Positions 45,940 through 57,145 of a stretch of DNA of 64,000 nt are shown piece by piece. Source of the stretch: Nitrospirota bacterium (GTDB taxonomy: Bacteria; Nitrospirota; UBA9217); NCBI GenBank assembly GCA_963796285.1, contig CAWCKW010000012.1:480001-544000 (forward strand), in the 5' to 3' direction. A model generated the notes under the pieces. It was not told the origin of the DNA. It was given only the letters and a program-made list of their open reading frames with translations, and searched no databases. Position 1 is the stretch's first letter; every line of letters starts with the position of its first letter. A program made the position numbers and the translations under genes.

Positions 45940-48082
45940 TCATGACCCCGGCTTTACCGGCGCCGGTTCCGCGTCCTTAACATCCCGGTGCAGGCAGACG
46001 CGGTTCCTGCCCGACCGTTTTGCCTGGTACAGCGCATTGTCCGCCATGTTCACCAGGTCGGCCTTGTTCTTCGTGTCCTCGGGAAAATTGCTGACGCCGA
46101 TGCTCAGGGTGAGCAGCAGGTCCTTGCCGCCCACCCGGGCCGCCACCGTTTTTTCCATGAGCTTTCGTACCCGTTCCGCCATCTGCTCCGCTCCCTTGAT
46201 ATTGGTATCGACCATGCCGATGGCGAACTCCTCGCCCCCATAGCGCGCCACAAAGTCCGAGCCGCGGCCGGTCTCCTTCAGCACCTTTGCCACCGCCTTG
46301 AGCGCGATGTCTCCCACGGGATGGCCATACGTGTCGTTGACGTTCTTGAACTTGTCGATATCCATGAGCAGGATCGAGAAGGGACGCATGTCGCGGTCGA
46401 TGCGCCGGTATTCCTCGGCAAGCTTTTCCATGAACGTCCGGTGGTTCAGGAGCCCGGTGAGGCCGTCGGTCCTCGCCAGGTCCTCGATCTTCCGGTACAG
46501 GAGGGAATTGTACGCCACCATGGAGATCTGGTTCATAAGCGTGTCGAGCAGGTAGTTGCGGTGATATTCCGTGAACGCGTCGGTCTTGAGCGAGGCGAGA
46601 AAGAATGCGCCGATGCAGGCGTCTTTGGCGATCAGCAGCCTTCCGTACAAAGACTTGATCGGTTTTTGAAATTCTTTGAACGGGAAGAGCCCGATGTCCC
46701 TGCCCCGGTCGCCGAAGTCCCCGGTATAGTAGCTGATGATGCCTGCCGTCCTGCCAGTGCTTCTGCATATAGGTCACGATTGCACTGTCCTCAAAGGGGA
46801 AGGCCGTGTTGATCAGTTTGGCGTCATAGCCGTGGAGCGCGATGAACTGAAGGTGCGGTTTGCCTTCCTCCTCGGTCTTCAGGACGCAGGCGCAGAAGTC
46901 AAAGGGCACCAGCTGCTGGATCCGGGGGATCACCTTGTCCATGATCTCGCCGAACTTGAGACTGCTGTTCAGGCCGGAGCTGATCTCGTGCAGGGCGCCG
47001 AAGTGGTCGGCCCGGGTCTTCAGATTGACGCGACAGCTGGATCTTCTCGATGATCTGGATAAAGAAGGTCTCAAAGTAGCTCAGGGTGTCCTGGTCCTCA
47101 AGAGAAAATGCCCCCGCCTCCAGGCTGTCCACCGCAATGACGCCGATCGTGTTCTCGTCCTGCACCACCGGGATGGCAAGGAAGGTCTTGACCGGCACGT
47201 TCCGGACATCATGCTGATAGTAGCCGAGGTTGGAGATGGGCGTGCCCATGCCCGAGATGTCGGACAGGTACTGACGCTGCTTCTGCTCGCCGCAGACGTC
47301 GATGTAGGTCTTGCCCCGCAATTCCGTTCCCACCGGCACGATCGCAGTGCATGCTCTCGGTCTTGATCGCCCGCAGCACAAAAACCTCGCCGTACTCGCG
47401 GCGCTCCTTCAGGAAGAGGGCATAGGAGTGGGCGGGTACGAACCGGGAGATCATGTCGATAAGCCCGTTAAAGGTGGTCTCGCGCTCCCGGGCAGCGCTC
47501 ACGGCGGTCGTCCGCCTGTCCATGAGCGATTCCAGGGTGTTCGTCTCTGCAAGGGGGTCGAGTGCGTCCGCATGGGCGATCAGCCGTTCATGGGCGTCCT
47601 TGACCTGTGCAGCCTCTTTGCGGGTGCGGTGCAGGATGTGCGCAATGGCAATGGACAGACCGGAAAAGGACACGCCGAATCCCGCATACACGGGCCATCG
47701 CTCCGGTTGCCACTGGCCTGACAGCAGGAGATTGGACGCTTCAATGGCGATGATCAGGCAGACCGTTCCATACGTCTGGATCAGCGGAGAGAACGCCGCA
47801 ACCATGACGGCGAACAGGAAATAGGCCGGCCACAGGGAGGAATGGGAGCCGCCGGTGATCTGGATGAAAAAATTCAACAGGACAATGCCGAGGACGATGA
47901 AGGGGAAGTAATTCAGGCGTTCTCTGGAAAAAAAGGAAACAGTAGGACACGGTCAGGGAGAGTACAAGGTATCCCGTCAGCCAGATGATCAGGTGCCAGC
48001 CTGACGGGTCGGCACGAAGAAAAAATCCCAAGCCGGAAGAGAGGGTGTAGAGGACCAGGCCGGGGAAAATAGTTTTTTTCAA
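45940..48082 (-). CDS. Membrane GAF-GAF-GGDEF diguanylate cyclase, several frameshifts
   Basis: N-terminal TM helices, GAF segments, TDGLTGLLN, DIDKFK.VNDTYGH, RGSD I-site, RYGGEEF. Confidence 0.9.
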
Positions 48083-48357
48083 ACTTTTCTTCTCCTGTTC
48101 ATCTCTTCTTCCACATATTTGCGGTAGAGGACATCCCACTCGCGGCTGCCTTCGGGGACCCTGCGCGACAGCGACTGGATCGTGCGGCGAGCCGCCTCGT
48201 CCGCTTCGTCCTCGAACTTGAGCTCATCAGCGATGGTCCGCTTGGTCTCGCGGAGGACCCGCTCCTCGGTCTGGAGGACTTCGATGTTCCTGTTCCGGAT
48301 AAGCATGTCCTGGATCAGGTGGGAGATGTGGGATATTCTGTCTTCGCTTAAGCGCAT
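48079..48357 (-). CDS. DUF507 family protein
   Basis: MRLSEDRISHISHLI...VPEGSREWDVLYRKY. Confidence 0.8.
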   Translation of the reverse strand: MRLSEDRISHISHLIQDMLIRNRNIEVLQTEERVLRETKRTIADELKFEDEADEAARRTIQSLSRRVPEGSREWDVLYRKYVEEEMNRRRKV

Positions 48358-48385
48358 GGCGGCTGCTGTACTCCTGTGAGCGGCA

Positions 48386-48667
48386 TTACAGAACTATTCC
48401 GCGTTCCTTCGCGAGCTTCTGCTTGGTCATATCGAACACCTTGCGGTAGTCCATATTCTCCCTGGCGATCTCGTCCGCGTGCGCGGAAAGGATCTTTTCC
48501 ACGTCCTTGTTCAGCGCTTCTTCCGCAATCATGTCAGCGGTGATCACCTCCGCGATCTTCTCGGCGACAGCGCTTTTTGGCACCTCATACTCCACCAGAC
48601 CCTTGCTCTCAAGGTTCGCGGCAATCGCATCGGCGATGTGTTTGATCATTTCTTTGGGAAGACGCAT
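48386..48667 (-). CDS. DUF507 family protein
   Basis: MRLPKEMI.HIA...MDYRKVFDMTKQKLAKERGIVL. Confidence 0.8.
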   Translation of the reverse strand: MRLPKEMIKHIADAIAANLESKGLVEYEVPKSAVAEKIAEVITADMIAEEALNKDVEKILSAHADEIARENMDYRKVFDMTKQKLAKERGIVL

Positions 48668-49106
48668 AGAAACTCCTTGCGAGGCATTATAACAGAAAAG
48701 GAGGGAAATGGGAGAGGAAAATGCGGGATGGAGGCCATATCAGAAAACATCGGTTAATGAACGTACCGGGATTTCACCGAAGCAATATACAATAGCAAGT
48801 GGCACGGGATTCAGGAGTTAAACGGTTCAGGATGAGGCGCATGAGCACTCTACGATACTGAAACCTGCCGCATCAGCGTTCGCCAAAAATTCTTTTGCAA
48901 AAATAGCATCTCTGTGATAAAGTACGCTTTAAAATATCTGAAAACAGGCGGATTTATTGAATAGGCGGGCGACAACGTCATTATTTGCGGTCATTTAAAG
49001 ACCTCGCCTGTGCGTGGTCGTCATGCATACGGAAGAGTAATGCGGCATAATTTTCATTTCCAAAATGCCAGGCAGGTTCGTCGGGATGTAAATCGGAGGA
49101 TATACA

Positions 49107-49301
49107 ATGGATCCCATTATGTGTCCGTTCTGCGGAGGGACCAACCTTTTTCAGGAAGACGACGTTTCCCTTGAAATGGACTTTGAATACTGGACCATTC
49201 ACCATTGGGCGTGCCTGGACTGTGCTCAGTCTTTCGATAAGATAGAAATATTGCCCGCGTCGAACAAGTTCGAGGAGATCAATGAGAGCACCATCCACTG
49301 A
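49107..49301 (+). CDS. Small acidic Zn-ribbon protein
   Basis: RBS GGAGG; CPFC...CLDC. Confidence 0.6.
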   Translation: MDPIMCPFCGGTNLFQEDDVSLEMDFEYWTIHHWACLDCAQSFDKIEILPASNKFEEINESTIH

Positions 49302-50448
49302 AAGCGGGTCTCACCGATCGGCCGCGACAACATTCCCGTCGGACCGGCCTACGATCGCATTGATTGACATGGATGCGCTTGACCATAATTTCAGGGAAGT
49401 CGTCCGTTGCGCCGAGGGGCAGCAGGTGTTGGCCGTTGTCAAGGCCAGGGCCTATGGCCATGGGGCCGTGAAGATGTCAAAACGCCTCCTGAGGCTTGGC
49501 GCGGACATGCTTGGCGTTGCCCTGGTTGAAGAGGGCAGGGAACTTCGCGAGGCAGGCATCGATGCGCCGGTCCTGGTCATGGGGGCGACATTTCCGGAAC
49601 AGGCCGAAGAAATGGTGTCGCTGAAGCTGACCCCGGCGATCTTCAGTCTTTCTGTTGCGCAAGCGTTGTCAGAGGCGGCCTATACGTGCAGAACAACGAT
49701 CAATGTCCACGTAAAGATCGATACGGGCATGGGCAGGATCGGCATTGCTCCCGAGGACGCTCCTGAACTTATTGCAACGCTCCAGAAACTGCGCAATATT
49801 TCCGTGCAGGGGCTGATGACGCATTTTGCCGATGCGGACTTGCGGGACAAACAGTTCGCTTCGAAACAGATGGACCGTTTCGAGGCCCTCCTTAAGGCGC
49901 TCGAAGCAAAGAAGATCAAGGTGCCTGTGCGCCACGCGGCAAACAGCGCTGCGGTGCTGGATTTTCATCGCGCGTTCTTCACCATGGTCAGGCCCGGGTT
50001 GATGCTGTACGGCTACAACCCCCTTGAAGAAGGGGCCCTTGGCGCAGATCTGCGGCCGGTGTTGTCGCTCCTCACGCGCATCGCGTTCATCAAGAAGGTC
50101 CCGACAGGTGTGCCGATCAGTTACGGCCGCACGTTTACGACGAAACGGGAAAGCGCCATCGCGACCCTGCCGATTGGATATGCCGACGGGTACAGCCGCG
50201 GCCTCTCGAACAGGGGAGAGGCGCTGGTCCGCGGTATTCGTGTCCCGGTGGTCGGCAGGGTGTGCATGGACATGTGCATGATCGATGTCACGGATGTTCC
50301 CTCTGCGCGCGAGGGCGACGACGTTGCGCTGATCGGCAGTCAGGGCGGCGAACGGATCACAGCGGACGATATCGCCGCAAAGACCGGAACCATAGCATAC
50401 GAGGTGCTCTGTGGAATCAGCAGCCGCGTCCCCCGGATATATCAGTAG
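49282..50448 (+). CDS. alr: Alanine racemase
   Basis: AVVKARAYGHG, HVKIDTGMGRIG, MTHFA, HAANSA, GYADG, GRVCMD. Confidence 0.97.
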   Translation: MRAPSTESGSHRSAATTFPSDRPTIALIDMDALDHNFREVVRCAEGQQVLAVVKARAYGHGAVKMSKRLLRLGADMLGVALVEEGRELREAGIDAPVLVMGATFPEQAEEMVSLKLTPAIFSLSVAQALSEAAYTCRTTINVHVKIDTGMGRIGIAPEDAPELIATLQKLRNISVQGLMTHFADADLRDKQFASKQMDRFEALLKALEAKKIKVPVRHAANSAAVLDFHRAFFTMVRPGLMLYGYNPLEEGALGADLRPVLSLLTRIAFIKKVPTGVPISYGRTFTTKRESAIATLPIGYADGYSRGLSNRGEALVRGIRVPVVGRVCMDMCMIDVTDVPSAREGDDVALIGSQGGERITADDIAAKTGTIAYEVLCGISSRVPRIYQ

Positions 50449-51212
50449 GTTCCTTGAGGTGGTGGGCCACAGGACTTCCGGCTTTCTCGCCGAGGTCGGA
50501 AGCGTGCTCATCTTCCTGCTCCAGACGCTCCGCTGGACCTTCACTCCTCCTTTTTACTGGAAGAGCGTGCTGAAGCAGATGGAGCAGATAGGGTTCAACT
50601 CGATCCCGGTGGTGATCACCACGGCGCTCTCGACCGGCATGGTGCTTGCGCTTCAGAGCTATACCGGGTTCAAGCGTTTCGGCGCGGAGACGCTCATCGG
50701 CACCGTTGTTTCACTTTCCATGACCAGGGAACTCGGGCCGGTGCTCACGGGCCTCATGGTGGCGGGCAGGGCGGGAGCTGCCATGGCAGCGGAACTCGGC
50801 ACCATGCGGGTCACTGAGCAGATCGACGCCCTGTCGACACTGGCCACGAACCCGATGAAGTATCTCGTTGTGCCCCGGTTCATCGCAAGCACGGTTATGA
50901 TGTTCTTTCTCACGATCCTCGGCATGATGATCGGCATCACCGGCGGCTATTTCGTCGGCGTAAAAGTGCTCGGTACGAACCCGGTCACCTATATCAATAA
51001 CAGCATCAGACTATACCGAGGTAACGGACATCTGGTACGGATTGATCAAGGCGCTTGTGTTCGGCGCGGTCGTCGGGCTGATCGGCTGTTATAAAGGGTT
51101 TCATACGGAAGGCGGGGCGGAAGGGGTAGGAAAGGCGACCACCGGCGCTGTCGTCGTCTCGTGCATGCTGATCCTCATTCTGGATTATTTCCTGTCCGCG
51201 CTGTTATGGTGA
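50411..51212 (+). CDS. mlaE: MlaE ABC permease, frameshift ~51008; start uncertain
   Basis: RELGPVLTGLMVAGRAG, AELGTMRVTEQIDAL, GGAEGVGKATT. Confidence 0.92.
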
Positions 51213-51216
51213 TGCC

Positions 51217-51969
51217 ATGGCGATGATCGAGATCATCGACGTCCATAAGAGCTTCGGCAGTCTTGACGTGCTCCGCGGGGTGAACCTCACCGTAGAAAAG
51301 GGCGAGAGCATGACCGTGATCGGCGGCAGCGGCAGCGGCAAGAGCGTGCTGATCAAGCATATCATCGGACTGCTGTTCCCGGACAAGGGCAGGGTTATCG
51401 TAGACGGCCAGGTAATGAACGATCTCGATGAGTTCGGCTTGAACGAACTGAGAAAGAAATTCGGGATGCTGTTCCAGATGGCGGCGCTCTTCGATTCGCT
51501 CACGGTCTGGGAGAACGTGGGGTTTTCTCTCAAGCAGCATACGAAGCACTCCGACAAGGAGATCCGGGAGATCGCGACGCAAAAGCTTGCCCTCGTTGGA
51601 CTGAAGGATGTTGAGGACAAGATGCCGTCAGAGCTTTCCGGAGGCATGAAAAAGAGGGTGGGGCTTGCCCGGGCGATCGCCATGGACCCGGCCATCATCC
51701 TGTATGATGAGCCCACGACCGGTCTGGATCCGATCGCAGCCGACGCGATCAACGACCTGATCATCGACCTCAGGAAAAAGCTCGGCGTGACGTCTGTGGC
51801 GATTACGCATGATATGCACAGCGCCTACAAGATCTCGGACCGGATCGCCATGCTCTACAAGGGCGAGATCCTGGAGACCGGTACGCCGGACCAGATCAGG
51901 AACTCAGCGAACCCTATCGTGCATCAGTTCATCACCGGCAGCGCGGTGGGGCCGATAACGGCGGAATAA
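51217..51969 (+). CDS. mlaF: MlaF ABC ATPase
   Basis: GGSGSGKS, LSGGMKKRVGLARA, YDEPTTGLDP. Confidence 0.92.
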   Translation: MAMIEIIDVHKSFGSLDVLRGVNLTVEKGESMTVIGGSGSGKSVLIKHIIGLLFPDKGRVIVDGQVMNDLDEFGLNELRKKFGMLFQMAALFDSLTVWENVGFSLKQHTKHSDKEIREIATQKLALVGLKDVEDKMPSELSGGMKKRVGLARAIAMDPAIILYDEPTTGLDPIAADAINDLIIDLRKKLGVTSVAITHDMHSAYKISDRIAMLYKGEILETGTPDQIRNSANPIVHQFITGSAVGPITAE

Positions 51970-52069
51970 TTCCAATGCGGAATGCGGAGTGCGGAATGCG
52001 GAATAATAAAAAGAACAAAAAAATCCAATGTCTGTGCCTTTTAAAAACCGCACTAACAAAGAGGGTCTC

Positions 52070-53479
52070 ATGGCTAAATTGAACGCAGAGGCAAAGGTGG
52101 GCTTACTGGTTCTTGTGGGATCGGTGCTTCTTCTGTATATGATCTTTGCTGTAGGCAAATACCAGTTCGGTGAAAAAAAGGGATATACCCTGCAGGCGGC
52201 ATTCGACTCCGTGGCGGGGCTCGATACCAAGGCGGCGGTAAGAATGGCCGGGGTGAAGATAGGTTTGGTGGAGAAAGTGGAACTGGAGGACAGTCGGGCC
52301 AAGGTAACGATGCGGATCGATCCCGAGGTGAAGATAATGCGGGGGACCGAGGCCATGATCAAGACCAAGGGCCTCCTTGGCGAGAAGTATGTGGAATTTG
52401 TACCCGTCAAGCAAGGCAAACCACAGCAGCCTTCGACTGCCGGAGAGTCCACGTATCATGACGGCGAGCGGGTACTGGCGACGGTATCGCCGAGCGATAT
52501 AGACAAGCTCATCAACCAGGTTTCGTCGATCTCCGATGACATCAAAAAGGTGACGGAGTCTCTCAGCCAGGTCCTCGGCACCGAGCGGGGCGAGCGGTCC
52601 CTGGAGGATATCCTGGGCAACCTGCGTCAGACCACGGCGAATATCAAGGATTTTTCCATTACGCTCCAGGGTGATGGCAGTGAAATGGTCACGCGGCTGA
52701 ACGAACTGGTCGCCAGCTTGAACGGCGTCGTGGGCGAGAACAGGGAAAACTTGCAGGTAACCATGGAAAATATCAAGGAAGCGTCGAAAAGCGCCGAACT
52801 GGCGCTCGCATCCATCGATAATGCAGTCCGGAAGATCGACCGCGGAGAGGGTACGCTCGGCAAGCTGGTGAATGATGAGGGCATGTACAACAACATCGAC
52901 AGCGCGGCAAAAGGGATCAGCGATGCTACTTCACGCATTGAGCGGATGAAGACGATTGTCGCGTTCCGGAGCGAGTATATGTTCCCCGAGTCCAAGAGCT
53001 ACGTTTCGCTGGAGCTCAAACCCAAATGGGACCAGTATTATATTTTTGAAATAACGTCCGATCCCTTCTCGAACTACAACCGGACGACGACCACGACCAC
53101 GCCCGGAAGCACGGTGGTGACGGAGACCTATGAAGACAAGTTCAAGTTCAGCCTCGAGTTCGCAAAGCGCTGGGGGAACCTGGCGGTCCGTCTTGGTCTG
53201 ATAGAGTCCACGGGCGGCGTGGGTGCTGATTATTATGCCTTTGATGACCGGATCAAATTCAGCGTTGACTCCTGGAACTACAACAGCAAGGAACCCGGCA
53301 ATGAGAACGCACACCTGAAGGCGACGGCAAACATCGGACTCGGCAAGACGATCTTTGTGAACGCCGGCTATGACAACGCCTTGAACTCAAAGCGGGCATC
53401 GGCGTTCGTCGGGCTCGGGCTGCGATTTGACGATGATGACCTGAAATATCTGCTGGGAAGCGTGCCCATACCGAAGTGA
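52070..53479 (+). CDS. mlaD: MCE/MlaD family protein with long helical region and beta-rich C-terminus
   Basis: EAKVGL, FDSVAGL, VRMAGVKIG.V, GLLGEKYVE, GEGTLGKL. Confidence 0.88.
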   Translation: MAKLNAEAKVGLLVLVGSVLLLYMIFAVGKYQFGEKKGYTLQAAFDSVAGLDTKAAVRMAGVKIGLVEKVELEDSRAKVTMRIDPEVKIMRGTEAMIKTKGLLGEKYVEFVPVKQGKPQQPSTAGESTYHDGERVLATVSPSDIDKLINQVSSISDDIKKVTESLSQVLGTERGERSLEDILGNLRQTTANIKDFSITLQGDGSEMVTRLNELVASLNGVVGENRENLQVTMENIKEASKSAELALASIDNAVRKIDRGEGTLGKLVNDEGMYNNIDSAAKGISDATSRIERMKTIVAFRSEYMFPESKSYVSLELKPKWDQYYIFEITSDPFSNYNRTTTTTTPGSTVVTETYEDKFKFSLEFAKRWGNLAVRLGLIESTGGVGADYYAFDDRIKFSVDSWNYNSKEPGNENAHLKATANIGLGKTIFVNAGYDNALNSKRASAFVGLGLRFDDDDLKYLLGSVPIPK

Positions 53480-53578
53480 CGGAAAGGACTGAATGCGGGT
53501 AGGTGGAAGGGGTGCGAAGGTAAGGGTTTCAGTTCAAATAATCCCAAGTCCGTGGTTTCCATCTGTACCCGTCTTTTC

Positions 53579-53607
53579 TTGACATTTGCCGGAGAGTTAC
53601 TTAGAAT
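53579..53607 (+). promoter_or_regulatory. Sigma70 promoter of galU
   Basis: TTGACA-17-TAGAAT. Confidence 0.7.
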
Positions 53608-53628
53608 TACGCAGAGAATAAGGATAGA

Positions 53629-54502
53629 ATGGTGAGTAAGACAATTACGAAAGCTATTTTTCCCGCAGCCGGACTCGGGACCAGGTTTTTACCGGCGACC
53701 AAGGCCTCTCCGAAGGAGATGATGCCGCTTGTGGACAAGCCGCTCATCCAGTATGTGGTGGAAGAGGCCGTGGCGTCGGGCATCGAAGAAGTGGTGATGA
53801 TCACCGGCAGGGGCAAGACGAGCCATTGAAGACCATTTTGATGTGGCCTTCGAACTCGAAGAGGACCTCAAGGCAAAGGGCAAGCACAAACTGCTGTCCG
53901 AAGTGCAGCAGATCGCCGATCTGGTGACGTTCTGCTATATTCGGCAGAAAAAGGCGCTTGGCCTCGGCCACGCAGTGCTGACCGCCAAGAGGATCATAGG
54001 CGATGAACCCTTCGCAGTACTTCTCGGCGATGACATCATCGATGCCAGGGTCCCGGCGCTGAAACAGATGATGAAGGTCTACAAACGGTACCCGTCAACG
54101 ATCCTGGCGATCCAGAAAGTGCCGAAGTCGCAGACGCGGAACTATGGGATCATTGATGGGAAAAGGATCGAGGACAGGATATACCTCGTGAACGACCTGG
54201 TGGAGAAACCGTCCCCGAGCGAGGCCCCCTCGAATCTCGCTATCATCGGCCGTTATATCCTCACGCCGGAGATCTTCACCGCCCTTGAGCATACAGCGCC
54301 CGGCAAAGGCGGCGAGATCCAACTCACGGACGGGATCAGGCTGCTTATGGAAAAACAGCCGGTCTACGCCTATGAGTTTGACGGCGTACGGCACGATGCC
54401 GGCGATAAGCTGGGATTTTTGAAGGCCACGGTAGAATTCGGGCTGAAGAACCATGAGTTCGGCCAGAAATTCAGAAGCTATCTCAAGAAGTTGAAACTCT
54501 GA
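53629..54502 (+). CDS. galU: UTP--glucose-1-phosphate uridylyltransferase, frameshift ~53818
   Basis: [42 protein letters not shown]. Confidence 0.96.
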
Positions 54503-54591
54503 ACCGAATTGTCGTAGCACGAGGGACGAGAAACGAAAGAACAAGCCGTTAGCGTCCATCTTCCATCGGAGATTAAATACAGGAGGCCAGT

Positions 54592-57003
54592 TTGGCAAAG
54601 ACCGAAACAAAAAGCATAGATCTCCAGCAATCAATCGAGATCCCTAAAAAAATACCCCTGCTCCCGATAAGGGATATCGTGGTCTTCCCGTACATGGTGC
54701 TTCCGCTTTTTGTGGGAAGAGAGATGTCCATCAAGGCGATCGAAGTGGCGCTTGAGGGCAACCGCATGATCTTCCTGACCTCGCAGAAGGACATCAATGT
54801 GGAGAACCCATCGCCGTCGGACCTCTATTCCATAGGGACGGTCGGCGTGATCATGCGTATGCTGAAGCTGCCGGACGGGCGCATCAAGATACTCGTCCAG
54901 GGCGTTTCGCGGGCAAAGACGGTCAAGTTCCTCCAGAAGGAGCCCTTTTACCAGGTTGAGATCAAGACGTTCCCCGACATTCCCGTGGTGGTGAATATCG
55001 AGATCGAAGCATTGATGCGGAACGTCAAGGAGCAGATCGAGCGGCTGGTGTCCTTCGGCAAGGTGATCCTCCCCGATATCATGGTGGTCATCGAGAACGT
55101 TGACGATCCCGGCAAGCTTGCCGACCTGGCCATCGCGAACATGGGTCTGAAGGTAGAGCAGGCCCAGGAGATCCTCGAGATCACCGATCCCCTGCAACGG
55201 ATCAAGCGCATCAACGAGGCGCTCGGCAAGGAGATCGAGCTTCTCTCAATGCAGCAGAAGATCCAGGCCGATGTTCGCGGCGAGATCGACAAGACCCAGC
55301 GAGAGTACTTTCTGCGGGAACAGCTGAAGGCGATTCAGCGCGAGCTCGGCGAGACCGACGACCGGTCCGAGGACATGAAGGAGCTGCGCGAGAAGATCAA
55401 AGAGGCCAAGATGCCGGAGAAGGCCGCGAAAGAGGCCGAGAAGCAGCTCCGGAGGCTTGAGCGCATGCATCCCGATGCGGCCGAGGCGTCCATGACCCGC
55501 ACCTACATCGAATGGCTTGCGGAGCTTCCCTGGAGCAAGGCCACCAAGGACAACCTCGACCTCAAAGCGGCGCATAAAGTGCTCGAAGAAGACCACTATG
55601 ATCTTGAGAAGGTAAAGGAACGCATCATTGAATACCTCGCCGTGCGCAAACTGAAAGAGAAGATGAAGGGCCCGATCCTGTGTTTCGTCGGACCGCCGGG
55701 CGTGGGCAAGACCTCGCTCGGGAAATCGATCGCTCGTGCCCTGGGCCGCGAGTTCGTGCGCATTTCGCTCGGCGGAGTACGCGACGAAGCCGAGATCCGC
55801 GGCCATCGAAGGACATACGTCGGAGCGCTTCCCGGCAGGATCATCCAGGGTATCAAGACCTCGGGCAACAACAATCCGGTCTTCATGCTCGATGAGATCG
55901 ACAAGATCGGCGCCGACTTCCGTGGCGACCCGTCGGCGGCCCTGCTGGAAGTGCTCGATCCCGAGCAGAACAACTCGTTCAGCGACCACTATATCGGCAT
56001 GCCCTTTGATCTGTCGCGCGTTATGTTCATCACCACCGCGAACATGACCGATCCGATCCCGGGCCCGCTCAAGGACCGAATGGAGATCATCCGCCTTTCA
56101 GGCTACACGGAGCAGGAAAAGCTCGGCATCGCAAAGAGCTACCTGGTCCCGAGACAACTGGCGGAGCACGGCATCACGGACAAGCAGATCGGCATTCCGG
56201 ACAAGACGATGATCCAGGTCATCGCTCAGTACACGCGCGAGGCCGGTGTGCGGAACCTGGAACGTGAGATAGGGCATCTTTGCCGCAAGGTGGCGCGGAA
56301 GGTCGCAGAGGGTGAAGACGAACTGTACACGATCACCCCGCAGAACCTGCATACGTATCTCGGCGTGCCGAAGTTCATGCCCGAGGTCGAGCGCGAACAG
56401 GACGAGATCGGCGTGGTGACCGGTCTGGCCTGGACCGAGACGGGAGGCGATATCCTCTATATTGAAGCAACGACCATGCGCGGGAAGGGACAGCTTACCC
56501 TCACCGGGCATTTGGGAGATGTGATGAAGGAGTCGGCCCATGCGGCGCTCACCTATGTGCGCTCCCGTGCCGAGAAACTCGGCATCAATCCCGACGTGTT
56601 CGCCAAAACGGATGTCCATATCCATGTCCCGGCAGGCGCGATCCCCAAGGACGGCCCGTCAGCCGGTGTGACCATGGCCACGGCCCTGGCATCGGTCTTT
56701 ACGAATACTCCGGTGCGGAGGGACATTGCCATGACCGGTGAGGTCACCCTTCGCGGCCGGGTCATGCCGATCGGCGGGCTCAAGGAAAAGACGCTCGCAG
56801 CCCGCAGGGCCGGGATCAAGACCGTGATCCTCCCGAAGGAGAACGAGAAGGACCTCGAAGACCTGCCAAAGTACCTGCGCAAGGACATGCAGTTTATCTT
56901 CGCCACGATCGTGGACGACGTGCTCGCCGCGGCGCTCCGCAAGAAGCAGCCGCGTACGACCGTGAAGAAAAAGCTGTCCGCGAGGTCCCGCGCAAAGCAT
57001 TGA
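54592..57003 (+). CDS. lon: Lon protease
   Basis: [36 protein letters not shown]. Confidence 0.98.
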   Translation: MAKTETKSIDLQQSIEIPKKIPLLPIRDIVVFPYMVLPLFVGREMSIKAIEVALEGNRMIFLTSQKDINVENPSPSDLYSIGTVGVIMRMLKLPDGRIKILVQGVSRAKTVKFLQKEPFYQVEIKTFPDIPVVVNIEIEALMRNVKEQIERLVSFGKVILPDIMVVIENVDDPGKLADLAIANMGLKVEQAQEILEITDPLQRIKRINEALGKEIELLSMQQKIQADVRGEIDKTQREYFLREQLKAIQRELGETDDRSEDMKELREKIKEAKMPEKAAKEAEKQLRRLERMHPDAAEASMTRTYIEWLAELPWSKATKDNLDLKAAHKVLEEDHYDLEKVKERIIEYLAVRKLKEKMKGPILCFVGPPGVGKTSLGKSIARALGREFVRISLGGVRDEAEIRGHRRTYVGALPGRIIQGIKTSGNNNPVFMLDEIDKIGADFRGDPSAALLEVLDPEQNNSFSDHYIGMPFDLSRVMFITTANMTDPIPGPLKDRMEIIRLSGYTEQEKLGIAKSYLVPRQLAEHGITDKQIGIPDKTMIQVIAQYTREAGVRNLEREIGHLCRKVARKVAEGEDELYTITPQNLHTYLGVPKFMPEVEREQDEIGVVTGLAWTETGGDILYIEATTMRGKGQLTLTGHLGDVMKESAHAALTYVRSRAEKLGINPDVFAKTDVHIHVPAGAIPKDGPSAGVTMATALASVFTNTPVRRDIAMTGEVTLRGRVMPIGGLKEKTLAARRAGIKTVILPKENEKDLEDLPKYLRKDMQFIFATIVDDVLAAALRKKQPRTTVKKKLSARSRAKH

Positions 57004-57145
57004 GCGGATGGCGGGCAGGCGAGGGACGAAAGACGTTAAGTTAAAGCGAGGCAGAATACGTCCATCGTCTGAGTGAGCGAAGCGAACGATCGTCCATCCT
57101 CCATCGGAGCTCAAGCTTCGTGCCTCTTTGGTGCTGAATGATACC

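Noticed and set aside
48800-48815. Sigma54 promoter TGGCACG
   Set aside because: No TTGC at the -12 position.
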